From Sphaerodactylus townsendi (lineage: Eukaryota), in the NCBI RefSeq assembly GCF_021028975.2, contig NC_059427.1, forward strand, positions 45,508,001-45,572,000: a stretch of DNA of 64,000 nucleotides, given 5' to 3'. The notes beneath the pieces are model-generated. The model was not told the DNA's origin. It searched no databases and saw nothing but the letters and a program-made list of their open reading frames with translations. Below, piece after piece: positions 48,341-62,262 of this stretch (the stretch's first letter is position 1; each line of letters starts with the position of its first letter). A program made the position numbers and the translations under genes.

Positions 48341-49489
48341 TAAGTTTCTGTTTTATGTTCTTAGGTAACCCTAAAGAGGAATGTTGCTTGAAAGATGTAT
48401 ATTCTGAAATTTAAAGGATTTTTCAAGTCCAATAGGTATATTTTATATTGCTTCCATGGACCTCCCGCACTTTTATCTTTTTTTAGTCTTCCCAATGGGT
48501 GCGGTCTTCCATTTCTGAAGAATTTTGGCCTCATCAGTACAGTTTTAAATAGTGATAGAACAACTTACCACAAACCTCCTGAGCTGGAAGATGGTCTTTG
48601 CAGTATCTAATTAAAAGGGAATCACTTTACAGCAAGGCTGGAAGTAGATTAAACTGTCCACATCGAGACCAACTCTCTCAGCCACAGGAGCTTCCTTTAG
48701 GGGTAATTTTCAAAGCCACAAATTAAATGACAAGTTTCTCAGAGTTGCTATAAATTTAGTTTTTAAAGAGATAGGATGTTGATTTCCAGATATGCTTTGG
48801 CTGATGTCTCCATAGTTGTCAGACACTATGATTTGGCAGACATTGTGAGAGTCAATTCACCCAAGAATATTTTGAGCTGAAGTCAAACCCATACTGATAC
48901 TTTTTCCTGCAGTGACTGGACGTGTCTTTGGCAAAACTGGCTAGATTTCAGATCAGCAACAAACATATCAATCATGCAAGTAACAAGAAGACTTCAAGGA
49001 TGGTTCAGCTGTATGTCTCTTAATATTCTATAGGCTATCACATGTCACCAACACCCTATTTCCCTATTGCCAAACTGGGTTGTATCTGTGTAATGGAATA
49101 AACTGACACAAAAAAGGCACTAAAATCAAAACACTCAGAAAATAGTGGGAGAGTGTATCAACCTCAGTGCACATTCAACGGTCAATGTAAAAGGTTGTTA
49201 TACTTCAATGGAAGCTGCACTGAGAAACTGCCAAATAGAGATTCATATATAAACATGTCACAATTATATTTGGACTACACAAGAAATGTTAATTTTTTAC
49301 ACAAAGTAATCATTCTTCTATGTGTCTCTTTGCCAGTACAATACCAGCTGGGAAAGGTCCACACCCAATCTCTGTGGATCATTCCCACTTGACTGGGTCT
49401 TATTTTTATCCCTGCTCTGCAATGTAAAGTAATACATGTTGAGTCCTCCTTCCATTTGTATCCTTGTGTGCATACATCTGCTGAGTATT

Positions 49490-49580
49490 AACACTTAATG
49501 TGTATGATGAAGTGGGCTTTTGCTCATGAAAGTTTGTCACAATAAGCCTTTAAGGTACCAGAAGACTCCTTGTTGTTTTA
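49490..49580 (+). mobile_element. Possible Penelope-like element terminal remnant; similar remnant near 45410-45500
   Basis: GATGAAGTGGGC...GCTCATGAAAG...CTTTAAGGTACCAGAAGACTCCTTGTTGTTTT resembles recalled reptile Penelope termini. Confidence 0.4.
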
Positions 49581-51230
49581 ACCCTAACAGGGAATGATAT
49601 ATTCCTACTGGGAATCAGCCTCAACTTGAACAAAATCAAAAATAGGAATCCTTGAGAATAACTGGTGGAATAACTAGTGTTCTTGTTTTTTGGGGGTAGA
49701 TAACAAGGATGGAATACAGCTCAAGTTCACCAATTGTGAGTCTAAGAGAACATCCACAGCTACTCTGCTGTATATAATTTTTTGACACGTAGCTATTCCA
49801 AGCCAGCTGCCTCAGATAATCGAGAACAGAAAAAACCCTCCTAACTGGAAGTATTTTTCATCTTTGTTTCGTATACATTCAGAAATCTTCCCTTTAGAAT
49901 TGCAGAGAAAGTGAGCTGAAAATTGCCAGTGGCATTGCAAAATAGCTTCCTCGGCAGGAAACGGAGCAGAAAGGACAGACAAGAATGGAAAGCAAAGGCT
50001 TTGCCTCAGAACTGTACCCAGCCTTTTGAGAGAGGCTAATTTCCCATGATGGAAGCTGTTTATTCTTTTTTATTGCCAAGCTGTTGACTTTATTCGAATA
50101 ACCCAGAGGCTAGGAGACCTCAGTAGTCAGATGTCTTCATGTAGCATATCAGGCCTAAGGAAGGCACCTGCAGCTGAGGTTAGCCTTTGCTGAAGCCACT
50201 GTTAGTCACACAGAAGGTTTGTGTTAAATGATTACTCAGCCATCTATTGTACACAGGCTATATACCCTGCCTGAAAAAAATCTATGTCCTGTCAGCCCTA
50301 AATTTAAAAATGCTGATAAATACCTGCCCGATCAAAGGCAAACCATAGTCAGGTAAGCAGTGTATTAGGGCAGGCTACACTTTGTGTTTACCACTTGCCT
50401 AAAAGCAATTTTTTAAAAATTTGCTCAATTTATCCCCACTTTTTTCCCCAACAGGAGCCCACCGTGATTTATATCATTTGCCCCTCCTGCTACTACCTAA
50501 CATCCAAATTTTCTGCTGGAAAATCAAGCAGACAAAGTCAAAGAAGGTGCAAATAGCACTTCCCAACAAGGCAATATGCAGCCTACTCCTTCAAAAATTT
50601 TACACCCTCAATATTCCAGACCTACCTAGCTCTCATTCTATATTATCTGGTTAGGGAAATATTGTTGAAGGCAATCTTAGTAGCTATATCAGTTTTCTCT
50701 CTGCCTTTCTTCCATTTCCCTAACAGCCTTTAAATTCATAAAAGGCAGCCATCTTTCTTCCTTTGTGTCTTCCTTTGGCTTATATGCAAATAGATGACTG
50801 GTTTTTCTCTCTCTTAAATGTCTATGACTTCTTAAGAGGAAGGGTATTTATTCAACAAACTCCAATAACTACAGGTCACTGACATTATGGGGACCCAGGC
50901 AGTAACAACAATCTTTAATAACCTCAGTAGCCAGAGGTAGGATATTCAACCATAATTTGTTAGCTGAAGTCACCAAATATGGCATATATTCCAGACTAAC
51001 CTTACCCTATCCCCACTCCTGTTCTTTTTTTCCCTGGCCTTTGAGTTTTTGCAAAATATTGTGCTTCGCTGTAAATCATTACTTTGGTACTATGAACTTT
51101 CAGTACTATATGTGGAAGTCATCCCATTTTCTTGTTTGAGTGTCTCCTGTCGCACTGTGTAACAAGTCCTTCAGCATTAAATGATGGATGGAGGTTGTTG
51201 TTTGTGTCAAAAAACTGAGTTCCTCTATGC

Positions 51231-51871
51231 CAGGGGTCCCCAAACTTTTTAAACAGGGGGCCAGTTCACTGTCCCTCAGACTGTTGGAGGGCCGGACTAA
51301 AAAAAACTATGAACAAATTCCTATGCACAAATGATTGTAAAATGTTTGATTTCACCTTTCAGCCTTTCTGTCATGGTCTATTTTTAGAACAGTGACCAAA
51401 GTATGTCAAGTACAGAGTGGGCTCCAAATATTGTTGGGGAGGCTGTGGAATACCTTCCCCTGTAAAAAAAAAAAAAGCAGAACTTTCCCAATGAAGCATT
51501 CCATCTAACCCAGGATCAGGTATCTTCCTGGGTTCTTTCCTCCCTAGCAGCCAGTGAGCGATTCACCAGCCTGGCTGATGCCAATGGGAGTGAGGCGGAA
51601 CAGAAAGCCTGAGAGCAACACATGGAGTAGCCGAGAGGGAAGGGCGGAGCAGGAGTTGCCACGTGTAAGGTTTCCAACTCTGGGTCAGAAAATTCATGGA
51701 GATTTGGGGGTGCCATCATGTAATTGCAATCAACAGCCTTTGGGGCCGGTTCCTCCTCTCCCTCGAGCCCCCACTGCACATGAATGGAGCCATCGCCGCC
51801 ATGCCTGGCGGGCCGGATAAATGCCTTAAGGGGCCACATTTGGCCCCCGGGCCGTAGTTTGGGGACCCCTG
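51231..51871. mobile_element. Non-autonomous hAT/Charlie element (641 bp), OposCharlie1(OC1)-like termini
   Basis: 16-bp perfect TIR CAGGGGTCCCCAAACT; exact 8-bp TSD CTCTATGC (51223-51230, 51872-51879); subterminal GGGGGCCAGTTCACTGTCCCTCAGAC...AAAAACTATGAACAAATTCCTATGCAC resembles the recalled OC1 consensus. Confidence 0.88.
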
Positions 51872-51908
51872 CTCTATGCAGTTTCTTCTTCTTTCAAACA
51901 TTGGTTCA

Positions 51909-52698
51909 GGCATCTTAGTTGATAGTTCCATGGGAATATCAACTCAATGCATGGCAGCTGTGAAAAAGGCAAACTCTATGCTGGGGATCATTAGGAAAGG
52001 AATTGAGAATAAAACTGCAAAGATTGTCATGCGCTTATATAAAGCCGTGGTGCTACCGCACTTGGAGTACTGTGTTCAGTTCTGGTCGCCACATCTCAAA
52101 AAGGATATTGAAGAGATAGAAAAAGTGCAGAGAAGGGCAACGAGGATGATTGAGGGACTGGAGCACCTTCCCTATGAGGAGAGGCTGCAGCGTTTGGGAC
52201 TCTTTAGTTTGGAGAGGAGATGGCTGAGGGGGGATATGATTGAAGTCTATAAAATTATGCATGGGGTAGAAAATGTTGACGGAGAGAAATTTTTCTCTCT
52301 TTCTCATAATACTAGAACCAGGGGGCATACATTGAAAATGCTGGGGGGAAGAATTAGGACTAATAAAAGGAAACACTTTTTCACGCAACATGTGATTGGT
52401 GTTTGGAATATGCTGCCACAGGAGGTGGTGATGGCCACTAACCTAGATAGCTTTAAAAGGGGTTTGGATAGATTTATGGAGGAGAAGTCGATTTATGGCT
52501 ACCAATCTTGATCCTCTCTGATCTGAGATTGCAAATGCCTTATCAAACCAGGTGTTCGGGAGCAACAGCCGCAGAAGGCCATTGCTTTCACATCCTGCAT
52601 GTGAGCTCCCAATGGCACCTGGTGGGCCACTGCGAGTAGCAGAGAGCTGGACTAGATGGACTCTGGTCTGATCCAGCTGGCTTGTTCTTATGTTCTTA
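51909..52698 (+). mobile_element. 5'-truncated CR1 LINE (ORF2 C-terminus and 3' UTR)
   Basis: Open frame AVKKANSMLGII...PHLEYCVQFWSPHLKKDI...LERRWLRGDMIEVYKI...RTRGH to stop at 52511; tail TTCTTATGTTCTTA. Confidence 0.95.
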
Positions 52699-53754
52699 CA
52701 GTGAAATTTTTTTAGTGGACAATAAAACTCAACAAAGCTGTGACTTTTTTCCAAACAAGATAAGAACCTAGGTGCTAGACAAGGGAGTTTCTATCCTGAA
52801 ACCCTTTTGGGTCTCCAAGGTCAAGAAAAAGTAGAGCCACATTCCAGTTAATTAACAGATGATTTCAGAAGCCTTGTCATTTGTGAGAAATAGGAGGATT
52901 TAGCCTGCAGATAAATCCTGTCACCTTTTCTCACTCTGACCCTTGGGCCATCTGGCTAGCAGCAGGGTTGCATGATTACCTGACATTACCAGCCATAGAT
53001 TTGATTGGTCATTGAGCCCTGGCCAATTCAGACCCCTAGCCATAAAGTTTAGGATTTTCAGTCTAGTTTTGGAGCTTTCTTGGTGCCTTCAACATGGCTC
53101 CTTGATGCACTGTTTTGACACTGTGATTTCTTGATGTTCAGGCATGCTGTAAGATGTCTTGACGCTCAGAAAGAGTGGCCTTTTATTTCTGGAAGATTTC
53201 AGCAGGAATGGCAACATCTGTATTTTGAACCAATGTTATTTACTGTGCAGTTATTCCTTTGTGATTTGGTCTTTGTTATTTTCCTTCTTCACTTCCTATT
53301 GTTCTTACTGAAATAATGAATCACTTCCATCATATCTTGTGGTGTTCAGTCTTTGTGGTGGCTTCAATCTAATTCAGTACCTACGCCTATGTGGCTACAC
53401 CTACCAGGTTAATTGTTTTGTGAAACTCAAGCTGTAGGTGGTCTGCCTTGCAGGGTGACTTTCTTGACTTTAATTCCAGGAAGGTTGGAAGCTTGCCCCT
53501 TGGCTTTTGACTATTTAGGTAGTGAACAAGACTGGTGGAAGCTATCAAGACTAAGCTGTGAGGATTCATCCCCAGGGTTTTGTAACTTTGTGTTTTGTTG
53601 ATCCATACTAAAAATCCCTCGGACTAGGGATTTTTAACAGTCTGGTTGGCAAGACCTGAAGAACTTTGTTTCAAATGCCTGGAGTGTCTACTGCCACCTG
53701 GCTTGCATTAATGGAACATGTATATTCATACTGCTGACACTTGAAGATGAAAGA

Positions 53755-54585
53755 GTGGATGATAAGGAGGCAAGCAGAGTTTGTGAAAATATAAATAATA
53801 CGGAAGAGTTTGAAAACTCTACAGAAGGAAAAGAAATTATCTTGAAAGCTCCAGAGCTGCTAGACCAGGTAGCATGTTCCAATATATTGAAACTAACTGC
53901 TGCGACAGTTGAACATATCTATGAGGAGATAAGGATGCTAAACTGCAAAATGGATTCCATCATTAAGGAGCAGGAAGAGAAAAGGCTGCCAGTTTGTGAA
54001 GCAGCCCTTGTAAAAGCATCCTTAAAGGAGCCTATTCTCTTATTCCACAAAATAGGAAACCCTTTTCACCTGGTGCTTGCTTCTAATAAAGTCTGCTTGA
54101 CAGTTTTCAATTATAGAGGAACAATCCCACTCTGGAACACCAGGCAGCTTGCTAAAAGGCACCTACACAATTTACTAAAGAGTGAAGCGAAAAACCTAGA
54201 CCTTCAATCAGTGGAAATACTGAACTCTGGAAATTGTCCAACACAAGTCATCTTAGGTTTTCAAGCAGATCGCATTCCTCTTATGTTACTGCGTTTGAGA
54301 TCAAAATTAGCAGCAAAAGGCATCTTTCCAACCCGTGTGTTTAAAAACGACATTGTATCTCCCCTAATCTCAAGAGTTAAACACCTTTATCATGGCAGTC
54401 ATCCACCCAGTGCCAAATCTTACCTTGTAAAGAACGTAGATAAAGGTGTTGCAAAACAGGAGCAACAGAACTTGGGAAATGAAATAGAGCAAGAAGAAGA
54501 AATACAAAACCAGACCCTGGAAAAAGATCTCAAGGAGTCTTTCTTAGCTCTTCCTGAACAAGAGATTGGAAATATTGAAGTGTGA
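53755..54585 (+). pseudogene. LINE ORF1 remnant (276 aa open segment, N-terminally truncated)
   Basis: Begins 13 nt inside the TSD-defined 5' end; coiled-coil-like and acidic segments; lies upstream of ORF2; no domain I can name. Confidence 0.65.
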
Positions 54586-55049
54586 TCTAATTAGGAGCAA
54601 AAATGGCCAAAATGAGACTCTGCAGCCTACATAGGCCCTAAGAGATCCTTCGAGTAACAAAGCCTCAACCAACCCAGAACCACTACCATCCAAAGGGCCA
54701 AATGCTTTGGATGAGGCCGCGCAGACTCTACACCAAGTTCAGAATGACAGGCTATCTTGTGAAATAGATGTGGACTCACACCTCTCCAGAGCTCTATTCT
54801 ATGAACTACATGGTGAAAGGGTTGGGGAAAACGCCTCATGGGCCCAGGAGCTGGTGGAGTTAGCCCAAAGAAACACAGCTAAGGAACCTATAAAAGGTTA
54901 GATCATAGAGGCCTCTCCTGCCAGAGAAAATGGAGCTCAGAGAAAACAGAACACAAAAGGGAAATAATGGCTGTATTTACCTGGACCATCTAGGGAAAGC
55001 TGAGAACCAAATTACATCAGACTGAAGCTAAAGGAGACTGCACCTATAG

Positions 55050-58000
55050 GAAATCATCTCATGGAGATGGCAGGGATTGGAACCGTTGTCTATATACCCT
55101 ATCAAGATGTCCCATTCTTCCAACCGCGACTATGGAGATTATTATATCATACAAAGAGACATGGACAGATATTCCTCTCCTAGAACTGGATGGATATTAT
55201 AGTTTTTTTTAATTTAGAAACAAACCCAGGAAAAGGTCCGGGGAGATTAAAAGAGAAGCCCGGACTAAGTATTCTAGTCTCCACAGCCCTAAATGTTCAC
55301 TGTAAAATGAAACCCCCACTTTTACATCTGGCCATGGCCTTGTACATGACATCTGAAAAGTCCAGCTTAATCATTGTGAATGTTTACTTACCACCAGAAC
55401 ATCAAAAAGCCCTTGTGACAGAAAAATGGTCATGGCTGGATCATTATATCACATCTTTGATGATGAATCACCCTGAAGCACAAATATTAATAACTGGGGA
55501 CTTCAATGCCCGATTAGGACCAAACGATGACTTTCTGGCAAACAAGTTTAAAACATTGCTGGGGACATTGGAAGGTGGGACAGATACCACGTACTACGTA
55601 CGGCAATTCAAAGATCACTCTGCCAACTATGCTGGCTTATGTCTAAAAAATCTTACTCACAGGAGAGGCCTACACATTTTGAATGGTTCCTGTCCTGGGG
55701 ATTATCCCGGCCAACTGACATTTGTCGCAGGCAACAGAGGAAGCACAATAGACTATATGCTTGTGTGCAGTTCCTTACTGACAAAAATTCAAAAATTCCA
55801 GGTCCTCCCATGTGTCGAGGGAGATCATCTGCCCCTTCAACTACAAGTTTCTTTTACATCAAATAGAAACAACCCACTTCAAAGACATCTTTCTCAGTTA
55901 GAATATCTAGGCAAAAGGGTTAGATGGTCAGGAAATTTAAATCAAGAGATCAAAGTAGTGTTATCTAAACAAATGCTGAAAAGGTGTGTGGACTCATATA
56001 CTCTCTCTGGCAATGAACAGGACCCATTAGCCAGTTATGAGAATATGATTAGACAACTTACAGAAAGACTATGGAAGAAACAAGACACCACCCAACACCA
56101 AAGAAAAAAGTACAGATTTAACAAATGCTGGTTTGATAAGGATTGCCAACAGGCCAAAATAAGGCTAAACTCAGCTTACATCTCCTTTCGTTCAGCCCCT
56201 GTAGAAAATTCGAGTGAGGCCTACATTATCCTAAAGGAACAAAAAATTCTCTATAAACAAACTATTAAAGAGAAGAAAAAACAGGCCACCAAAAAATCAT
56301 GGGAAGAACTGATCTATGCAGCCAGACAAAGAAACCAATCATTGTTTTGGAAGCTAATTTCATGTCAGGGACAACAAACTAAGTCCCTAATGGATTCATG
56401 TATTCCCCCTGACAGATGGGCCAGCTTTTTCCAAGATTTATATGATGACTATGAGATTACACCCCTTCCATCGGAGTTTCTAGACAAGGTTCAGATATGG
56501 CCGGATGTCTGCCCTCAGGAAATTAAGGCCCATATAAGACATCTGAAATGGGGAAAAGCCCCTGGCTCTGATGGTATCTCTCCAGAAATACTAAAGGAAA
56601 ACATAGACTGGTGGGCACAGTGCCTAGCTGCACTATTTACCTATATTGATAGAACAGGACGAATCCCAAAAGCCTGGAACCTAGCCATTGTTATTCCTAT
56701 CTTCAAAAAAGGAAATAGAGATGATCCATCTAAATATAGGCCAATTAGCCTTTTGAACATTATTAGCAAACTGTATGCAGGACACCTATTAGATAAGTTA
56801 AAAACATGGTTAGAACAAGAACAGGTTATTGCCATTGAACAAGCAGGCTTTAGAGAAGGGAGATCTACCACAGAACACTGCCTGATCTTGCAACATCTAA
56901 TCGAAAAATATTCATCCCCAGGACCCACTTCACTTTATGCTGCTTTTATTGACCTAAAATCAGCATTTGATCTCATCTCTAGGGAAAAATTGTGGCAAAA
57001 ATTAGAGACCTCCAACGTAGACAGAAGGTTGTATTTTCTTATTCGAGCTCTTCATGACAACTCCTCTCTGAGAGTGAGATGTAACCCAAATGGCCTACTG
57101 ACAGATCTAATAAGAACTTACAAAGGCGTTAGACAGGGATGTCTTCTAGCTCCCTCCCTGTTCAACTATTATATCAATGGTATAGTGGAGCACTTAAAGA
57201 AAACAGACACACACCCTCCTAAGCTTGCCACACGACATCTCCCCATATTGTTATATGCTGACGATGCGGTCCTTTTGGCCAGAACCCCTGTAGGTCTTTT
57301 GCAGCATATTGTGAAAAAGACGAGCTGACAATTAACTTTGATAAAACCAAGGTTACAGCTTTTGGTAACCAACCTAAAAAGAGGATCTGGAAAGTTAGAG
57401 GGAAAGAAATCGAACAAGTTGATAAGTTCAACTACCTGGGGATTGTGGTTCAGTCCACAGGCTCGAATGTGGAGCATATAAAAATGGTGATGGGAAACGC
57501 AGAGCGAACAACAGGGGCAGTCTTAAGGTTTTTTCGTACTAAGGGAGGGCACTATGTACCAGCTGCCATTAAACTATACCAAGCAAAGATTCTGACACAA
57601 CTTACGTACGGTGTACATTACAACAAAAAACAGTGGCAAACAACATCATTAGAGAGAACCCAAAGTAAATACTTGAGAGCCATTCTACAGGTTCCGCCTG
57701 GTGTACCGAATACCTTTGTAAGGTTAGAGACGGGCCAAATGAAAGTTGCTGACAGAATTTTCTTACTATCAGTTTATCAATGGCTTAATGTTTACACAAA
57801 CCCTAAAGGACTCTGGCCTCTAATAGCCCAAGACTCTTTCCAACCTAGATGGACGTGTGAAGTTAGGGAAGACCTGCACAAGAGAGGCATATCACCCAGT
57901 GCTCTCTTGACACAAGACTTGTCCTCATCTAAGACTACAGTCAAGCTGAGAGTTCAAGATATGGCTCGTCAACAAGATATAACAGCATTCCCCAAATTTA

Positions 58001-58397
58001 ATCTCAAACCATCCATTAAATACACTTTGGGCCCTTCCCCCATCTATATAACTTGAACAGCCAGTCACTTAGGAGGGCTTTCACACTCACCAGATGTGAT
58101 GCTCCTCCCTCAGCAATGCTTGAGGGCAGATATAAAAAAATCCCATACATCGACAGGCTTTGTCCATGTGATATGGGGGAAATAGAGACCTTGACGCATA
58201 TTTTTTTACGATGCCCCACTCACAAAGAAATGAGGGCAAAACTGTTTGACTCTCTTCCAACATCAATTTTTCTTGGCCCTGAGGATTGTGCCATGGAAAG
58301 ACTATTAGAAGATGCCAATCCGAATATAACAAGAGAGGTGGCAAAATTTAGCGCTTATGTGGTTAAAAGGCGTGGACAAGTAGGGCAATTAAAATAG
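55050..58397 (+). pseudogene. LINE ORF2 (AP endonuclease, reverse transcriptase, C-terminal zinc finger), frameshifted
   Basis: EN motifs VNVYLPP, GDFNAR, STIDY, GDHLPL; RT motifs KAPGSDG, YRPISLL, QAGFR, FIDLKSAFD, GVRQGCLLAP, YADD; C-terminal RLCPC...THIFLRC; frameshifts near 55060-55190, ~57296 and ~58050. Confidence 0.92.
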
Positions 58398-61300
58398 GAA
58401 CGTTGGATTAATGATTTTATCTTTTATTCAAATTTTATTCCAGTTTTTAACTTGAACTTATTTTATGGTTTGGACAAACAGTCTTTGGAAACTGGTTACC
58501 CCAATTTTATCTTGTATCTGGTCTGGACCCGCTCAACTTTTAGATGACATGGCTGGAAGTCCAGCCTTTTAGTCAGTCCTTATAGGCGTCCTTTTTAGTA
58601 ATATTGTATGAGCCTTTTATATTTAATTTTTTATCTCTGCTCCAATCATTATATTTTTACTTACTGTATCGCAATTTAGGTGTAACGGGACTCCAAACAT
58701 AAGTCACTGAAATTTTTTAATATATATATATTACTTAATTCCCTCGAACATCCTCTCTGTCAGCAATACAGAATATGTATTATCTCTGACCTGTGCTTTA
58801 TTGTTGCTGAATTGTGTATTTTTATTTTGTTGTTCTGGTCGTTGACCGTAAATAAATGATTTGGATTTTGGATACTGCTGACACTAAAAAGTAATTGAAA
58901 TTCTAATGCTTCTTCTGAAAAACTTGGCATATGGAACTGGAAATCAGAGTATAAAGTGCCTTCAGAAATCCAAAGGATTTCAAGGATATAAATTATAAGT
59001 AATGATGCATCAATGAAAAAAACATTTTATGTTAGTTTCTTTAAGTCGATGTTTGTCCTGTTAGAATTTTCCTTAATCCCAAAAATCTTACTATAACAGT
59101 CGTACAATCAACACAAACTTCAAAATCAAGAAAGAACCAAAAACTAAATGTGATGGATATGCTAACAGTGTACACTAAGGCAAACAAATATGGGGTGAGT
59201 GATGAAGCATCCACTAAGCTATAAGTTTTCTTGAAGGCCAGTTTGCAAAACAGAAATATCACAAACCTTTATTTTCTTATAGGAATTAACATAACAAACT
59301 GTGGTTACTCACTTCAGCTTCAGAAATATGGTTGGCAGTAACTGATATTTTCCAAAAGCAAGATGATGTCACCTTTCCTTCACTTCCTCTGCCAAACCAG
59401 AGGGGTATGTTTGCTTGAGGGAAGAGACTTTACTCACAAATGTTTCGTGCTCAACATGAGACAGGCTTAATCATCAATTAACATTTATTATGTCAAAGCT
59501 AGGCCTTACAGTTCACATCTACAATATACATATGCCTCAACTACTAAATTATGGCTACAGTGATCTTAATGGTTTTGATTGGCATGCAGCTCATTAAATT
59601 CCAAAACCAATTTCAGCCCATTAACCATTACTTATAACAGTCTTTCTCTGAACCCTATTATGTTCCATGAAGGAAATCCTCTCCCTCATTAACCAACAGT
59701 GCTGGGTGATACAGGGTAGAACTCATGCAAGTATAATCATACTTGCAATCTGACAAGCCCATTAGGATCCTAGGACTGTAATCTCTACTTCGTTAATGTT
59801 CTCTGATCACCCTTTTTGTGCAGGGATCAGTTTCCCTTTCACTCTCTGTTTTATATCAGGTCAGTAAACAGATTTCTGATCATCACAGAGAATAAGCTGA
59901 AGGAGGGCAGCACAGTAACTGAATCACATTAAGTGCAGGAGAATAGCTGTTGATGGAGATGCCTCACTTCACCCAGCATCTACAATTGACCCCTCAGACA
60001 TATGGTTTGCTAAAGTTGATTTCAATGATAGGCGGAGACAGTACCCACACCCAATGCTTTTTATTGCTATTAACAGAATAGCACCAGAGATAAGATGAAT
60101 GACTAATAATGAACATCCATTAAATTATCCTCTAGGACTACATATGTAGTCAGTGAATGGTGCTATTTTCTTCTGATTAGATGCAAAGGTGAGCAAATAA
60201 CTCCTATGAGGAAACTTCAGAAAAAGAAATGATAAATAACTACACATAATTGTAATAGTATTGAAAAGGCAGGTGTTAAGAATGATGCAATGCTTACGAA
60301 GTAGACTTGGTCCAGTAAAACCAAGTCAGAGTAGCACTTACACGCCAATCTTATACAGAATTATACTGGATCATGGGCTTAGATTGGAGAACTCTGTATA
60401 GGATAGCACTGTTAATTCCTGGTGAAGTTGTTCAGATGGTTTCCAAATGCAGTATAGGGACAATCTTGAAGATTTAATTGAATACGGTGTTTGCATGATA
60501 TCCTGATCATCTGAAGACTGTCAAGCGTATCCTGTGGAATGGCTGAGTATGATCAAGAGCGTCATCTAGTTGGCCCATTAATCTCAGCATTAAGAATTCA
60601 ACAAAACACACCACAATGGCAATTTGAGCAGATTGAAGAACTCTGAGGGGATTTGTTCTGCTCCTCAGTTTCAGAAATTATCTGAATATGTACAGTTGAC
60701 ATATGGAACTGTACAACTTTGCTTTATATATCAATTCAAAAATCTTTGGCTATCCTAACTGGCAACATCTCTCACAGATCTCAGGAAGACATAAGTCTTC
60801 ATAACCCTGCTATCCAAGTTCCTTTAATTACAGCCCTACACCTAGGACTATGCAACATATATGCTTTTTGACTGTGGTGAGGCTAAAACAAGAAGTTTCC
60901 AAATGTAAATAATATCTACTTAATTCATGTAATCCAGTATGTTTCCATGTTTATTGGACACAATAGGGTTCAAAGCTGAATGTTACAACTACAAGAGAGT
61001 ATCTATTAATTATCTAGGGGAATAAGCATATTCTCTTTTTACTGGGATATCCTGAACTCTGCCCTGCAATGCTGTTCTGAAGTACACAAGACATATCTGA
61101 AAACGTGTTCAAATAAACAGCTCTTCTCTTGGGAGACCTGAAATAAGGAGACATATATACAGTTCATGCATCCTTAATAACGCTTTGTTTTCTTGGGCAA
61201 ACAGAATACATAATTAGGCAAATGTAGTTGTGCTGCATCAAAGATGCTTTGGTTTAAGTCCCCTAAAGGGATTTCCTGGAGTGAGAAAGAAAAGCCAACT

Positions 61301-61794
61301 GCTGACTCCAATGGATGTATCAAAAAGGAAATAAACTGGGAAGGAATGACATAAAAACAGCTAAACTGGCATTCTGAAGCTCTACAGGAACCCAAAAGCT
61401 TAAACTCCATAAAATACAAGCCAACAAACAAAAAAGGTCACAAATCAAAATGTGGGAAGCCCAAGGAGCAAATATCACCTGAAGGTTTTACTTCCAAGGT
61501 TTTCCCTACATCCATTTATGAATAAGCAAAGCCTTGAACAAAGTGAGCAAAATTACAAATAGAACTGCTTTTAAAATATTTTTTTCAAGAAATTAAAAAC
61601 CCTCCCACCAAACCATCTTGAAATCTCCATAGGACTTGAAAGTCTCTTCAGATTTACCTTTTCATTCTAATATGGAACAATAAATATGATTTAGAAGATT
61701 CATAAATTAAATTAACTTATTGATGCACCTGAGTAATATTTAAACCAGTAAAAACACTTCATATAAGTCCAGCATTCCATATGGAGTTGAGTTG

Positions 61795-62262
61795 ATTAGT
61801 ATTATTATGGGTCGCCCTGCCCCAAGTACTCAAGGCGGTTTACACCATGTATCAGCACAATAAAAATCAATAACACTAGTAATATACCTACATAACTCAG
61901 TGCCATTCTAAAACTTGAGGTATAACACACCATTAACCTCCCATATCACACCAAACAACATCAAAAGAGAGGAAAAGGGGGTGGCAAAGAGGAAAAGGAG
62001 GCCAGCTAGATGGCCACTAATGCAATCCTCAACCATAGGCCTGGTGAAATAGCTCCATCTTACAGGCCTTGTGGAACTCTTAATAGGTTCCACAGGGACC
62101 TGGTCTCACTGGACAGAGAATTTCACCAGGCCGGAGTCACAGCTGAAAAGGCCCTGGCTCTGGTTGAGGATAGCCAGGCAACCTTTGGGCCATGAACCAC
62201 CAGTGTTTTTACCTGCTGAGCACAAGGCTCTTTTGGGAACATACTGGAAGAAGTGGTCTTGA
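61795..62262 (-). mobile_element. Older L2 LINE 3' fragment
   Basis: 3' end GGTCGCCCTGCCCAAGTACTCAAGGCGGTTTACA on the plus strand; decayed homology to the L2 copies at 14535 and 62918. Confidence 0.7.

Larger units (their letters stand above)
53742..58871 (+). mobile_element. 5.1-kb LINE, probably RTE-X clade, 5'-truncated within ORF1, antisense to SRGAP3
   Basis: Exact 14-bp TSD ATACTGCTGACACT (53728-53741, 58872-58885); ORF1 remnant, EN-RT-zinc finger ORF2, ~470-bp AT-rich 3' UTR ending AATAAATGATTTGGATTTTGG. The clade name is less certain than the LINE call. Confidence 0.9.

Noticed and set aside
51876-52511. 211-aa ORF as a host gene
   Set aside because: It is the CR1 ORF2 C-terminus with a chance ATG supplied by the flanking TSD.
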